A DNA stretch of 64,000 nt from Promethearchaeota archaeon (GTDB lineage Archaea > Asgardarchaeota > Heimdallarchaeia > Hodarchaeales > Hodarchaeaceae): NCBI GenBank assembly GCA_048938105.1, contig JBHLMN010000023.1:1-64000 (forward strand), written 5' to 3'. Under the pieces are notes generated by a model that did no database searches, had not been told where the DNA came from, and saw nothing but the letters and a program-made list of their open reading frames with translations. Of the stretch, positions 20,092-29,950 are shown piece by piece. Numbering within the stretch: position 1 is the stretch's first letter; each line of letters opens with the position of its first letter. The position numbers and the translations under genes were made by a program.

Positions 20092-21780
20092 TTGAGAAAA
20101 ACAGTTGTAAGATCATCAAATATACTTCTCACCTTGGCTGGTATTGGCATATTGACGATAATTCTCGGTATTCTTTACTTTTCAGGTGCTGGAGGTATTG
20201 AAGGTGAACTTTTTTATGGATTTAATTATGGTGTACTATTAGCTTTTGGTTTCTACTTATCCTTAATAGGACTTTTTCCTGTCTTAACATCATTAGATGC
20301 AAGTGGAAAAAATACCATAAAAAAATTTTATCCTCATTTACTCCTTATAACTGGTATTGGAGTAATTTTCTTGATTTATTCATCTTTAGTTCCCCATACT
20401 CTTGCACCATTAACTCCTAGCCATACATGGTTTGATTATTATATTTTAGGTGCCGTGTTAATCATTTTTGGTTTCTCATCGATTCTGTTGGCCATTCGTG
20501 AACGTGAGAGGTTATGGAATTTTAAAATAATTCTATTCATCATATTTATAATTGGAATCCTCATTGAAATTGCCAGTTTATTAACTTATTTCGATCTTTT
20601 AGAGTCTTTTGACATCGAAAAGAGCATGTGGCTCACTTTTTACCTATTTGGAGGCGTAATATTATTCATTGGAATGATTCCCCTCTTAATAGGTGCCAGT
20701 TCGAGGTTTCGTTCAATTATCCATCGTTTAAGATTTATATGGATCTTAATAGCATTAATCGGAATAGTTACCTATGTTATTCCAACTTTAGCGATCAATG
20801 AAATTCTTCCTCTAACAGTATTTGAGTTTATGAATTACTTTGATTTCTTATTATTTGGCAGTCTTGCTATATTAATTAGTCTTTTATTAATTTCAGCTTC
20901 AGATGAAGCTTATGACTTTATTTACAGGCTTCGTTTTGTATTCCTGTTTCTCCTCCTTGTGGGAACTATCCAACTAATTATTTCTTTTGTACTTGTACTT
21001 CCCACCTCAGAGTACATTGATATTCCACAACTTGAACTTATTCCTCTAATGACAGTATCTGACTATCCAAATACTTTTGGAATGCTAATGTTGGTAGGAA
21101 TGACTTGGGACGTATATTATGTCAATGGAATAATAATGACTTTTATCTCTATCATATTCATATGCTCAATTGTATTTTTCGAATCTGAAGAAATTAGTGT
21201 TGATATTGGAGCACTTATGGCTGTTGAAGACGATAAATTACCTGGTATTGATACGACACCAAGTGAGATGTTAGCTTATTTAGAAATTGTGAATAGATCC
21301 CAAGTAGAAATGATTAAGTATTTCAAAGAAGCTTTTAGACAAGACAGATTCCGAGGACGAACATTTGAAGCAATAACTAAACAATATCAAGATCTAAATA
21401 AACTGATAAAGACAAAGATAAACTCCTACCGAGAGAAAGTCCCAAGTAGTGCTAAATTTTTGTTTGATGCAGCATTAAGTGAAGAACCGACAGCTGTTAT
21501 TTCTGAACCAACAATAACTCCTTCCATTCCAGAAGAAAGAAAGCCTCCAACTCCACCTCCAAGTGTCCCACCACCATCCCCTCCTATACCTACCACTGGT
21601 CCTCCTATCCCAACCCCATCCCCTATTGCGCCTCCTCCCGCTCCTGTTACCGCACCCGCTCCCCCAGCACAATCCTCTCTTGATTTAATAGCAGATGCCA
21701 GATCTACAAGTATAGCTGAATTACGTGGAGAGATGCTAAAGGAGTTGTCAAGACTGCGAGAGATATTCAAAGAAGATTAA
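20092..21780 (+). CDS. 10-TM membrane protein with cytoplasmic helical hairpin, polyproline linker and WH2-like C-terminal helix (paralogue 1)
   Basis: Five 2-TM repeats; PPTPPPSVPPPSPP tract; tail LDLIADARSTSIAELRGEMLKELSRLREIFKED. Confidence 0.8.
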   Translation: MRKTVVRSSNILLTLAGIGILTIILGILYFSGAGGIEGELFYGFNYGVLLAFGFYLSLIGLFPVLTSLDASGKNTIKKFYPHLLLITGIGVIFLIYSSLVPHTLAPLTPSHTWFDYYILGAVLIIFGFSSILLAIRERERLWNFKIILFIIFIIGILIEIASLLTYFDLLESFDIEKSMWLTFYLFGGVILFIGMIPLLIGASSRFRSIIHRLRFIWILIALIGIVTYVIPTLAINEILPLTVFEFMNYFDFLLFGSLAILISLLLISASDEAYDFIYRLRFVFLFLLLVGTIQLIISFVLVLPTSEYIDIPQLELIPLMTVSDYPNTFGMLMLVGMTWDVYYVNGIIMTFISIIFICSIVFFESEEISVDIGALMAVEDDKLPGIDTTPSEMLAYLEIVNRSQVEMIKYFKEAFRQDRFRGRTFEAITKQYQDLNKLIKTKINSYREKVPSSAKFLFDAALSEEPTAVISEPTITPSIPEERKPPTPPPSVPPPSPPIPTTGPPIPTPSPIAPPPAPVTAPAPPAQSSLDLIADARSTSIAELRGEMLKELSRLREIFKED

Positions 21781-22267
21781 ATTTTGGTAATTCAATATTA
21801 TTCAATGATAGAAAAATCCCCATATTTATATTCCGATTCATTGAGTTCAGGTTATGATTGAGAAGCTTTTTAATAAGAATCATCACGAAAACGGTTTATA
21901 AGAGAGAAAAACAGTTTTCTTACCTCCCATTTTTTTGGTTTATTATTTGATAAAAAAAATCAATGTTATCCCCTTCTGAAGCATGAAAAATGACTTTTTT
22001 CTTATCAATTGACCTAGTTTTCTTCTATGAGTATAAATTCGGAATAAAACAACGAAATTTGTTCCCATCTGTACAACATAACCACGATTTCGATGATCTT
22101 AGTATACTCGAAAATGACTCAAAATGTTCTTCTGGATTTTTAAAAAAGGAGTAATAGTCTCAGAAGAGTTAATTCGCCTCATTGTTGTAGAATTATAAAT
22201 CTCTATTAGTCCCCGATCGATTAGAAGAAGAATCTCTATATTTATCCCTGATTTATAAGAAGAGGAA

Positions 22268-22348
22268 TTTCACTAGACTTTATAAGTAAACTTTTGATAT
22301 AATGATAATAATTGGTTTTATAGTATTGATGATTAGGAGTTTATTTTG
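22268..22348 (+). promoter_or_regulatory. Conserved promoter/5' region of membrane-polyPro paralogue 2
   Basis: TTTCACTAGACTTTATAAGTAAACTTTTGATATAATGATAATAAT...AGGAG; TATA TTTATAA. Confidence 0.65.
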
Positions 22349-24040
22349 TTGAGAAAAATGGTAGTTAGATCATCAAAAGTGCTTCTTACTCTGGCTGGTA
22401 TTGGTATACTGATCATGGCCATTGCTCTATTATTTTTCACAGGAGTAGCATCATCAGTTGACATTACTACAGATCCTCCAACGTGGAATCGCTTAGTTTT
22501 TGGATTTGATTATCAGACTTTAACTGCATTTGGATTTTTCTTATTACTATTCCTTTCACCCGTTCTTGCCTCTTTAGATACCAATGCAAAAAAGAGTGTT
22601 AAAAAAATATATGTTTACTTGGTCTTACTAGTTGGTATGGGCATTATAATGCTGATTTATTCAGCTTTAGTCTATGGAGAATTTCTTAATCCATTTGATC
22701 CCCTTCATTCATGGTTTGATTATTATATTATTGGTGCATTGCTGATTATCATTGGTTTGGCAATCATCTTATTTTCTGTCCAGGATCGTGAACGATTGTG
22801 GAATTTCAAGCTTCTCTTTGCATTAATTATTTTAATTGGACTTCTACTGGAAATCTTAAGTTTAATTCTTTATAGTCAAGTTATAGTTATGCCAGAAATT
22901 GGATGGGACATTTCTTTCTTGTTGGGGGTTATAACACTATTCATCGGAGTGGTTCCTCTTTTATTGACTGCTAGTACACGCTTCCGTAATATTCTTCGCC
23001 GCTTGGGAATTATTTGGATATTAGGTGTATTAATTGGAATCGTAATAATCATTATTTCCAGTTTAGTTTATGCTGAGATTATTCCTCAATCACTTGTTCT
23101 CGATACTGATTGGTTTGTAATCTTAGCTTATGGCAGCCTTTTCACCTTATTATTTATTTTGTTACTAGCGAGTGTAGGATATGAGATTACCTATAAATTA
23201 CGATTTATATGGTTGATTACCTTTTTCCTTGGAGTAATATTTGTTATTATTTCTGTGGTTTTAGTCTTACCTGAATCACCTGAAATTGAGGGAGCTGTCG
23301 GAACACTCATTGGAAATGATTTCCTCGGAGCAACCTGGGATATATTTTACATGTATGGAACCATAATTATGATTTTTTCCCTCTCATTCATATCTTCGGT
23401 TTTGTATTTTGAAACAGAAGAGTATAGTGGCCCAGAAGGTTTATTAGAAAGTGTAGATAGACTACCTGATATTGAAACCACTCCAAGTGAGATGATAGCA
23501 TATCTGGAGATTCTAAGTAAATCCCAAGAAAACATAATTAATCAGTTCAAAGAAGCAGTTAGGGCAGATAAGTTTCGACCACGAGTTTATGAATCCATAG
23601 TTAAAATATACCAAGATCGTAATCGAATTATAAAATCGAGAATAGAAAAATTTCAGAAGGCGGGTCACCTAGTTTCAGCAGGAGAGGATGTAGAAGCACT
23701 CTTTGATGTAGCATTAGGAGAACCTTCTGAAGTTACTCCAATAACCAAACCAGCAGCTCCACCTACAGTATCTACAGCCGAAGTACCACCTGGACCCCCG
23801 CCTATCTCCGTTAAGGCTCCTCCAACTGGCCCGCCTGTTCCGCCTCCCTCAATCACTCTACCCACTCCACCCCCTAGTCCATTAGAAAGTGCTCCTCCTG
23901 CTCCTGGAGCTACAGTCACTCAACCCACAGAGTCTCCACTTGATTTAATAGCTGATGCAAGGTCAACAAGTATTGCAGAGTTGAGAGGGGAAATGCTAAA
24001 GGAGTTACGAAGACTGCGAGAGATCTTCAAAGAAGAATAG
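22346..24040 (+). CDS. 10-TM membrane protein with helical hairpin, polyproline linker and WH2-like C-terminal helix (paralogue 2)
   Basis: Same architecture as 20092-21780; last 33 aa are 31/33 identical. Confidence 0.8.
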   Translation: MLRKMVVRSSKVLLTLAGIGILIMAIALLFFTGVASSVDITTDPPTWNRLVFGFDYQTLTAFGFFLLLFLSPVLASLDTNAKKSVKKIYVYLVLLVGMGIIMLIYSALVYGEFLNPFDPLHSWFDYYIIGALLIIIGLAIILFSVQDRERLWNFKLLFALIILIGLLLEILSLILYSQVIVMPEIGWDISFLLGVITLFIGVVPLLLTASTRFRNILRRLGIIWILGVLIGIVIIIISSLVYAEIIPQSLVLDTDWFVILAYGSLFTLLFILLLASVGYEITYKLRFIWLITFFLGVIFVIISVVLVLPESPEIEGAVGTLIGNDFLGATWDIFYMYGTIIMIFSLSFISSVLYFETEEYSGPEGLLESVDRLPDIETTPSEMIAYLEILSKSQENIINQFKEAVRADKFRPRVYESIVKIYQDRNRIIKSRIEKFQKAGHLVSAGEDVEALFDVALGEPSEVTPITKPAAPPTVSTAEVPPGPPPISVKAPPTGPPVPPPSITLPTPPPSPLESAPPAPGATVTQPTESPLDLIADARSTSIAELRGEMLKELRRLREIFKEE

Positions 24041-24059
24041 GCCCTTTGAGGGATTTTTA

Positions 24060-24770
24060 ATATCAAAAAAAGGATTAAACAGATCTGAAGAGATCTCAAA
24101 ACAAGCGGCTGCAACTGAAGCTTTAAATTTTCTTTCCTCTGGCCAATATGTAGGGATAGGTAGTGGAACGACTATACATTGGTTAATATCACTCTTACCT
24201 GAAACTAAAATCTCCAATCTTTTTTTGGTACCTTCCTCTTTAGATACTCTAGTGAGATTACAAAATAATATCAAACAAAACTATAAAATTGTTGATCTAC
24301 CACCTCATGGTTTGGATATCACTATCGATGGAGCAGATAAAGTTAATCCAGAGAAGCAATCTGTAAAAGGGGGAGGAGGGGCATTAACACGCGAGAAAAT
24401 CATAAGGGAAGCTTCAAAGAAGTTTATTTTGATAGTTAGCTCTGAAAAAGTTGTTCCAAAGCTTCCTATGTTCCCAATTGCAGTTGAGATCCTTCCTTTC
24501 GGATGGAGACATACTATTAAACGTCTAGAATTGTTTGGAAAAAAAGCTATTCTACGGATAGCTAAGAACAAGCTTGGTCCAGTTATTTCCGATAATAACG
24601 GATATATAGTTGATCTTGATCTAGGTGATCGATTTCTTGAACCTAATGAAGTTCAAACATTAGAAGATAAACTGAATACTATTCCAGGAGTAATTGAGAA
24701 CGGGTTGTTCGGTCATGCTGCTGATGAAGTAATTGTTGGACACAATTCAGGAAATATCACAAGATATTAG
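24060..24770 (+). CDS. rpiA: Ribose-5-phosphate isomerase A (N-terminus extends upstream of the track start; probable ATA start)
   Basis: DGADKV, KGGGGALTREKI, PGVIENGLF; in-frame KQAAATEAL...VGIGSGTT begins at 24099. Confidence 0.93.
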   Translation: MSKKGLNRSEEISKQAAATEALNFLSSGQYVGIGSGTTIHWLISLLPETKISNLFLVPSSLDTLVRLQNNIKQNYKIVDLPPHGLDITIDGADKVNPEKQSVKGGGGALTREKIIREASKKFILIVSSEKVVPKLPMFPIAVEILPFGWRHTIKRLELFGKKAILRIAKNKLGPVISDNNGYIVDLDLGDRFLEPNEVQTLEDKLNTIPGVIENGLFGHAADEVIVGHNSGNITRY

Positions 24771-24784
24771 GAACATCTCATCTG

Positions 24785-26680
24785 TTATGAAATCTGTTTC
24801 CAGTATAATACCACAGAATTTTCTTCTAGTTTTTCTTTAAAGATACGACCAGCGTCACTGCGAGACGATAACTTAATCTTTCCTGATCTAGAGGTCGTTC
24901 CTACAAAAAATGGTTTTCTTTTTCCATTTAATTGGTCTTGAGTGAAGAATTGGATAGTAACGTTTCTCATGCGTTTTGGAAAGCTAATATACAAAGTATT
25001 TTTTCGAAAGGAAATCATTTTGTCCTTAATAATAGCAAGGTCAAAGGAAGCTGAATCTTTGCCTGATTTATTAACATCTAGCTTTACATGGAATGTTCTT
25101 TCTAACATTCGGATATTTTCTCCTCCTCTTCCTAGAATTGCTGGAACATCATTTTGATTACACTGAATCTCAAATCTTCTCCCATAACGGTCTTTGGGAA
25201 TAAGAACAACAGGATGAGTCGAAAACTCTTCGATAGCTTCCGTAATATCCTGAATAGTGCGACCATCAACCTTAACCAGGTTTAGATCTTCGTTTTCTAA
25301 AGGAATAACCACAGCTTGCTCGCCAAAAGTATAAATCTCATAAACTGGTTCTTTAGTCTCAAAATCCCGTACCTCAACAACAGGTCGAGCTAAATCACTT
25401 ACAACCAACCCTGCGGGAACTTTAACTGTCATCTTTACATCCAAAACGCGACTAATTCTACCTGCTTCAATATATATAATTGTATCAAGAACACTAGGGA
25501 TCATTCCCAATTCCAATCTTCCGATAAACCGTTGAATAGCGTCTATTGCTGTACTAGAGTGGATAACACCCACTAAACCGATCCCAGCTAGTCGAAGATC
25601 TGTGTATAGTTTAAAATCTTCTGTATCTCTTATTTCATCAAAAATAGTATAATCAGGACGGGAAAGAAGGAGTATATCATGAATTTCAGTGTGAGTGCCG
25701 AAATTCTTGGAATATTGGGTGATTTCAGCTTTCAGATCTAAGTCACGTGGTGATTCAATTGTCTTTACTACTTTGGATTTGCTTTCGTAAAAAAGAGCTA
25801 GAGCTCTCGTAAATGTTGTTTTTCCAGCCCCAGGACTCCCTGCAACAAGGACTCCTTCTGCTTTATCTTTCAAACGACTATACAGGTTGGATGAAAGATT
25901 ATAATCCTCAATTCTGAGTTTTTTCAGTGGACGAGCTGCTGTTATTTCCCACCCATCTGAAAATGGAGGTCTACAGATCACAATTCGAATGTTACCATAT
26001 TGAATAATAGTTGAACCTGGACGATCGATTTCAATGAAAGTGTCTTCAAATTTGAGTGCTTTTTCAATGATTTCTTCACTTAATTCTTTGAGAAAGTTTT
26101 TAGTACAAATCTTTTCAGAAAGTTGATCGAAACGAACATTACTAGGTGTGCCACGTTTTACAGAAATAGGGACTCCTTGCTTTAAATGGATACTCATGGT
26201 TTCTTTATCGAAATAATCCTCAATATGAAGCGTTTTTTCAAGAGTAGGTTTTTTTATTGGCACATAAATTACTTGAATTCCAACTGATTTCGCGACTAAA
26301 TGTTGAATATTATCTGATGTGACAAGAGTACCGTTTTCTTTCCAGGCATAATCTCGAATGATGGCGTCAATTTCACCACTCCGCGCCCTTTTAATCTCAG
26401 AGAGGTGTGGTCTTCGTCCCCCGTATTCTAAAAGAATACCTAAATCACCACACATTTGTTGAATTATCGTAAGTTCGTTCAATCCCTCGATACCACTTTT
26501 TCTTCCAGAATTTGCCTGATGTTCGAGTTCTGCAATTAATGATGCATGAATCGTTATTCTAGATTCAGTTTCGATCTCTCTAGTCTCGATTAGGCCTCTC
26601 AAACCGCCATTGATAATAGCTGATGTATCAGGAACATAAAGGGCCTCCTCAGATGCTAGTGAATATCTTCTCTCCTCCAT
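24785..26680 (-). CDS. PINA-type ATPase (PIN domain, VirB11/PilT-like ATPase, KH domain)
   Basis: YVPDTSAII PIN motif; GSPGAGKTT; DEIRD; ILGRGGENIR KH loop. Confidence 0.9.
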   Translation of the reverse strand: MEERRYSLASEEALYVPDTSAIINGGLRGLIETREIETESRITIHASLIAELEHQANSGRKSGIEGLNELTIIQQMCGDLGILLEYGGRRPHLSEIKRARSGEIDAIIRDYAWKENGTLVTSDNIQHLVAKSVGIQVIYVPIKKPTLEKTLHIEDYFDKETMSIHLKQGVPISVKRGTPSNVRFDQLSEKICTKNFLKELSEEIIEKALKFEDTFIEIDRPGSTIIQYGNIRIVICRPPFSDGWEITAARPLKKLRIEDYNLSSNLYSRLKDKAEGVLVAGSPGAGKTTFTRALALFYESKSKVVKTIESPRDLDLKAEITQYSKNFGTHTEIHDILLLSRPDYTIFDEIRDTEDFKLYTDLRLAGIGLVGVIHSSTAIDAIQRFIGRLELGMIPSVLDTIIYIEAGRISRVLDVKMTVKVPAGLVVSDLARPVVEVRDFETKEPVYEIYTFGEQAVVIPLENEDLNLVKVDGRTIQDITEAIEEFSTHPVVLIPKDRYGRRFEIQCNQNDVPAILGRGGENIRMLERTFHVKLDVNKSGKDSASFDLAIIKDKMISFRKNTLYISFPKRMRNVTIQFFTQDQLNGKRKPFFVGTTSRSGKIKLSSRSDAGRIFKEKLEENSVVLYWKQIS

Positions 26681-26684
26681 CTTT

Positions 26685-27341
26685 TTAAACCTCAATTTGC
26701 TCATTAGACGGTGTCAATTCATCTCTATATTCATATTCTAACTCATTAGGTTCAAGCTCTAATTGTGATGCTTGGTAATAAGTAACATCCCCAAGACGGT
26801 CAACCACAGAGAGGAGTAGAATTTTTCGGTCAATTTTTGTTTGATTCACAATTTGATCTAAGAAATCAAGGTCAAGATGTTCACCCTCGGATAGGGGAAA
26901 AATAACCTTTTTGCTTACTGATTCTCCTGGTTTTCCACCTCGAGAATAAATTCTAAAAGGTGCTGTGATTTGGGTCCCTATACGCACTACATAACCCCGA
27001 TTTCGAAGATCCTTATACACAAGATAACGACTCCAGAAGTCATTATTTTTTTCTGTGAAATGAGCTACAATCTCTGAGGAGGTGATTTTCTTGTTTGTAG
27101 TGGTATTGAGAACTTCTATTCTTTTACGATCCATAAGAAGCAAAATTTCTTCTGGTTCTAAGACAAGAGAATTCTCTGAAGTCCATTGACCAAAATAGCC
27201 ATTATTAAAGATTTCATGCGCAACATGATCATGGACTGTTAGAGTCGAACATTCCATATCAAAATACAATATTGGAACAATAATTTCCTCATTAGCAGAA
27301 TCTAGGTCAGGGGCCATGATGGGTAAGTACCAACCAGACAA
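26685..27341 (-). CDS. tRNA-splicing endonuclease, structural (non-catalytic) subunit
   Basis: YLVYKDLRNRGYVVR and VVDRLGDVTYY present; catalytic His missing. Confidence 0.8.
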   Translation of the reverse strand: MSGWYLPIMAPDLDSANEEIIVPILYFDMECSTLTVHDHVAHEIFNNGYFGQWTSENSLVLEPEEILLLMDRKRIEVLNTTTNKKITSSEIVAHFTEKNNDFWSRYLVYKDLRNRGYVVRIGTQITAPFRIYSRGGKPGESVSKKVIFPLSEGEHLDLDFLDQIVNQTKIDRKILLLSVVDRLGDVTYYQASQLELEPNELEYEYRDELTPSNEQIEV

Positions 27342-27788
27342 GTGAATAGTCTTATAATTATATTTTCTAGCTCTTTCTTTACTATTTAAGCGTACGGAAG
27401 CTTCGTGTTTAGCCTTAATTTCCTTTCCCTTTTAAGTTAAATACTGTCAGATACTCGATAACTGCTAGAATTTGAGATTATAAATGGGTAATTACCAAAA
27501 TGAAAAAGAACCTATAGGTGTAAGGTCTGAGAATATTACCAAGATATTAATTCTTCAAAAGATAGTGAGAAATTCAAGAAATCCTGGAGAGAAAATCCCT
27601 CAATAGAGTCTTTTTTAACGGGCCTCCAATCACACAAGTCAGATTTTTGGGAGGTTGAAAGAAACAGTACGGAGGGTTTAAATCAGTTGTTGAAAACTGA
27701 CGACAACGACGTGTACCAAGCTTTAGAAACAAGTTTGATTGCTAGAGTACATCTATTCTGAAATAATTAAAGATTGGAGACCGTAAGC

Positions 27789-28796
27789 ATGGGTCATAGG
27801 AAAAAACACGCGCCACACCGAGGATCTCTTGGCTATCGACGAAAAAGAGCAAGAAGACATACAGCCCGATTGAGAACGTGGCCAGAGTCAAGTGATGCAA
27901 TTGAACCTAGATTGTTAGGACATGCGGGGTATAAGGCTGGAATGACGCATTTAGCAATGGTAAATACTGATAGAAAATCTCCTTTTTTCAAACAAGAACA
28001 ATTTGTACCAGTCACCATAATTGAAACTCCACCAATAGTCATTTTTGGTATACGAATTTATATAACTGACCAGTTCACTAAAAAACCTCGTGTTATGACC
28101 CAAATTTGGGGAGATAGCATTGAAAAGGATCTAAGTCTTCGGATTAAGATTCCGAAAGAACAACAAAATAAAGAACAAAGAATCAGTGAGGTACAGAATA
28201 TCATCGCAAATGTTAAGGAAATTCGTGTATTAGCTCATACTTCACCTAGAGAAGCTGGTTTTCCTCAAAAAACTCCTGATATTTTGGAAATTAAGGTAGG
28301 GGGTTCAGTTGATGAAGCATTCAATTATGCTTTGCAGATCTTAGATCAAAAAATCTCTATAGATGATGTCTATAAACCTAGTGATTTTATAGATGTGATC
28401 GCTACTACAAAAGGGAAAGGATTCGCTGGGCCTGTTAAACGACACGGAATTAAAATTCTTCCTCGTAAAACTCGTAAGGGTCGAAGAGTTGTTGGATGTA
28501 TTGGACCTTGGCATCCTGCTCGAGTAATGTGGACTGTTCCCCGTGCTGGGCAGCTAGGCTATTTTGCACGAACAGAATATAACAAACAAATTCTCAAGAT
28601 AGGCGAAGATGGAGAGGAAGTAACTCCTGTGAGCGGTTTTAAACGATATGGAAAAGTTGGGAAACATTGTATTCTTCGCGGGAGCGTTCCTGGCTCATCT
28701 AAACGTCTAGTTCGCTTAAGAGATCCAATAAGACCAAAACCTACGGAAATTGAAGAGCTTCAGATTACTTATATCAGTACTACAGCTAAGAATTGA
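27789..28796 (+). CDS. rpl3: 50S ribosomal protein L3 (uL3)
   Basis: GYKAGMTH, TKGKGFAGPVKR, GPWHPARV. Confidence 0.97.
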   Translation: MGHRKKHAPHRGSLGYRRKRARRHTARLRTWPESSDAIEPRLLGHAGYKAGMTHLAMVNTDRKSPFFKQEQFVPVTIIETPPIVIFGIRIYITDQFTKKPRVMTQIWGDSIEKDLSLRIKIPKEQQNKEQRISEVQNIIANVKEIRVLAHTSPREAGFPQKTPDILEIKVGGSVDEAFNYALQILDQKISIDDVYKPSDFIDVIATTKGKGFAGPVKRHGIKILPRKTRKGRRVVGCIGPWHPARVMWTVPRAGQLGYFARTEYNKQILKIGEDGEEVTPVSGFKRYGKVGKHCILRGSVPGSSKRLVRLRDPIRPKPTEIEELQITYISTTAKN

Positions 28797-28803
28797 AAAT
28801 AAT

Positions 28804-29622
28804 TTGGCGATAAAATTGAGTTTCTCTAAGGTTCCTGTTTATGATTTAAAAGGAAAGGAAATCGATAAGGTCGATGTTAGTTCGGTATTTAAAACTCCAT
28901 TTCGTCCTAATGTGATCAAGCGTTCCGTATTAGCTAGTCGTAGAAATCGACAAATACCTTATGGTGTCAACCCCCGTGCTGGGAAAAGAACATCTGCAGA
29001 GAGTTGGGGTGCTGGTCGTGGTGCAGCACGAATCCCAAGAGTAAAGGGATCACAAACACATTCGGCTAGTCGTGGTGCATTCATACCATTCGCCGTAGGA
29101 GGTCGTCGCGCACATCCACCTAGCGGATTTAAGAAATTTAAGGAGAAAATAAACAAAAAAGAAAAAATCTTAGCTAAAAAATCTGCAATTGCTGCAACCG
29201 CTAATCCAGTTTTAGTTGAGTCACGTGGTCACATCATTGAGGAGATTAAGTCTTTACCATTGATAGTAAGTGATGATTTAGAGTCGTTGAATAAAACCAA
29301 CGAAGTGGAAGCTGCTTTCAGAAACCTGGGTTTATCATATGATTTAGCTAAAGCTAAAAGACGAAATACTCAGATTCGGCCAGGTAAAGGGAAAAGACGT
29401 GGAAGGAAATATAAGAAGGGAAAATCGGTACTGATTGTTGTTGGGCATGATTATGGAGTTGTAGCTGCAGCAAGAAACCTACCAGGTGTTGATGTTGTTG
29501 TCGCTGATCAATTAAATATAGAACATCTTGCACCTGGGACTCATGCAGGACGGTTAACATTATGGACAAAATCTGCGATTTCCTATTTGGACGAACTTCT
29601 AATTGAAAAAATGGCAAACTGA
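28804..29622 (+). CDS. rpl4: 50S ribosomal protein L4 (uL4)
   Basis: AGKRTSAESWG, GGRRAHPP, LAPGTHAGRLT; start approximate. Confidence 0.97.
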   Translation: MAIKLSFSKVPVYDLKGKEIDKVDVSSVFKTPFRPNVIKRSVLASRRNRQIPYGVNPRAGKRTSAESWGAGRGAARIPRVKGSQTHSASRGAFIPFAVGGRRAHPPSGFKKFKEKINKKEKILAKKSAIAATANPVLVESRGHIIEEIKSLPLIVSDDLESLNKTNEVEAAFRNLGLSYDLAKAKRRNTQIRPGKGKRRGRKYKKGKSVLIVVGHDYGVVAAARNLPGVDVVVADQLNIEHLAPGTHAGRLTLWTKSAISYLDELLIEKMAN

Positions 29623-29661
29623 TTATACAAAATGACTCTGAAAAAATGAGGTGGAACCAAG

Positions 29662-29937
29662 CTGAAATTCAGACAACCTCAAGATATTATAAAATATCCA
29701 TTGATCACAGAGGCGGCCTTCAATAAAATGGATAATATTCATGAAAATGCTTTAGTTTTCATTGTTGACCGCCGAGCTACAAAACACGAAATTAAGCAAG
29801 CCTTCGAGACACTTTATAAGGTGAAAATAGTCAAGGTTAATACCCTTATAACTCCGAAAGGTGAAAAAAAAGCATTCATAAAGCTTTCACAAGATTATAG
29901 TGCCTTGGATCTGGCGACTGAAGTTGGAATCATTTAA
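29662..29937 (+). CDS. rpl23: 50S ribosomal protein L23 (uL23), probable CTG start
   Basis: DIIKYPLITE...KVNTLITPKGEKKAFIKL; GAGGTG SD 8 nt before CTG; in-frame TGA at 29647. Confidence 0.95.
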   Translation: MKFRQPQDIIKYPLITEAAFNKMDNIHENALVFIVDRRATKHEIKQAFETLYKVKIVKVNTLITPKGEKKAFIKLSQDYSALDLATEVGII

Positions 29938-29950
29938 ATAGGTGAAAAAA

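Noticed and set aside
21426-23919. Gly-rich antisense ORFs (21426-21770, 21475-21672, 23665-23919)
   Set aside because: Reverse-complement shadows of Pro codons.
27697-27760. C/D-box sRNA upstream of rpl3 (CTGACGA...CTGA)
   Set aside because: The boxes are degenerate and I could not identify an rRNA or tRNA target for the guides.
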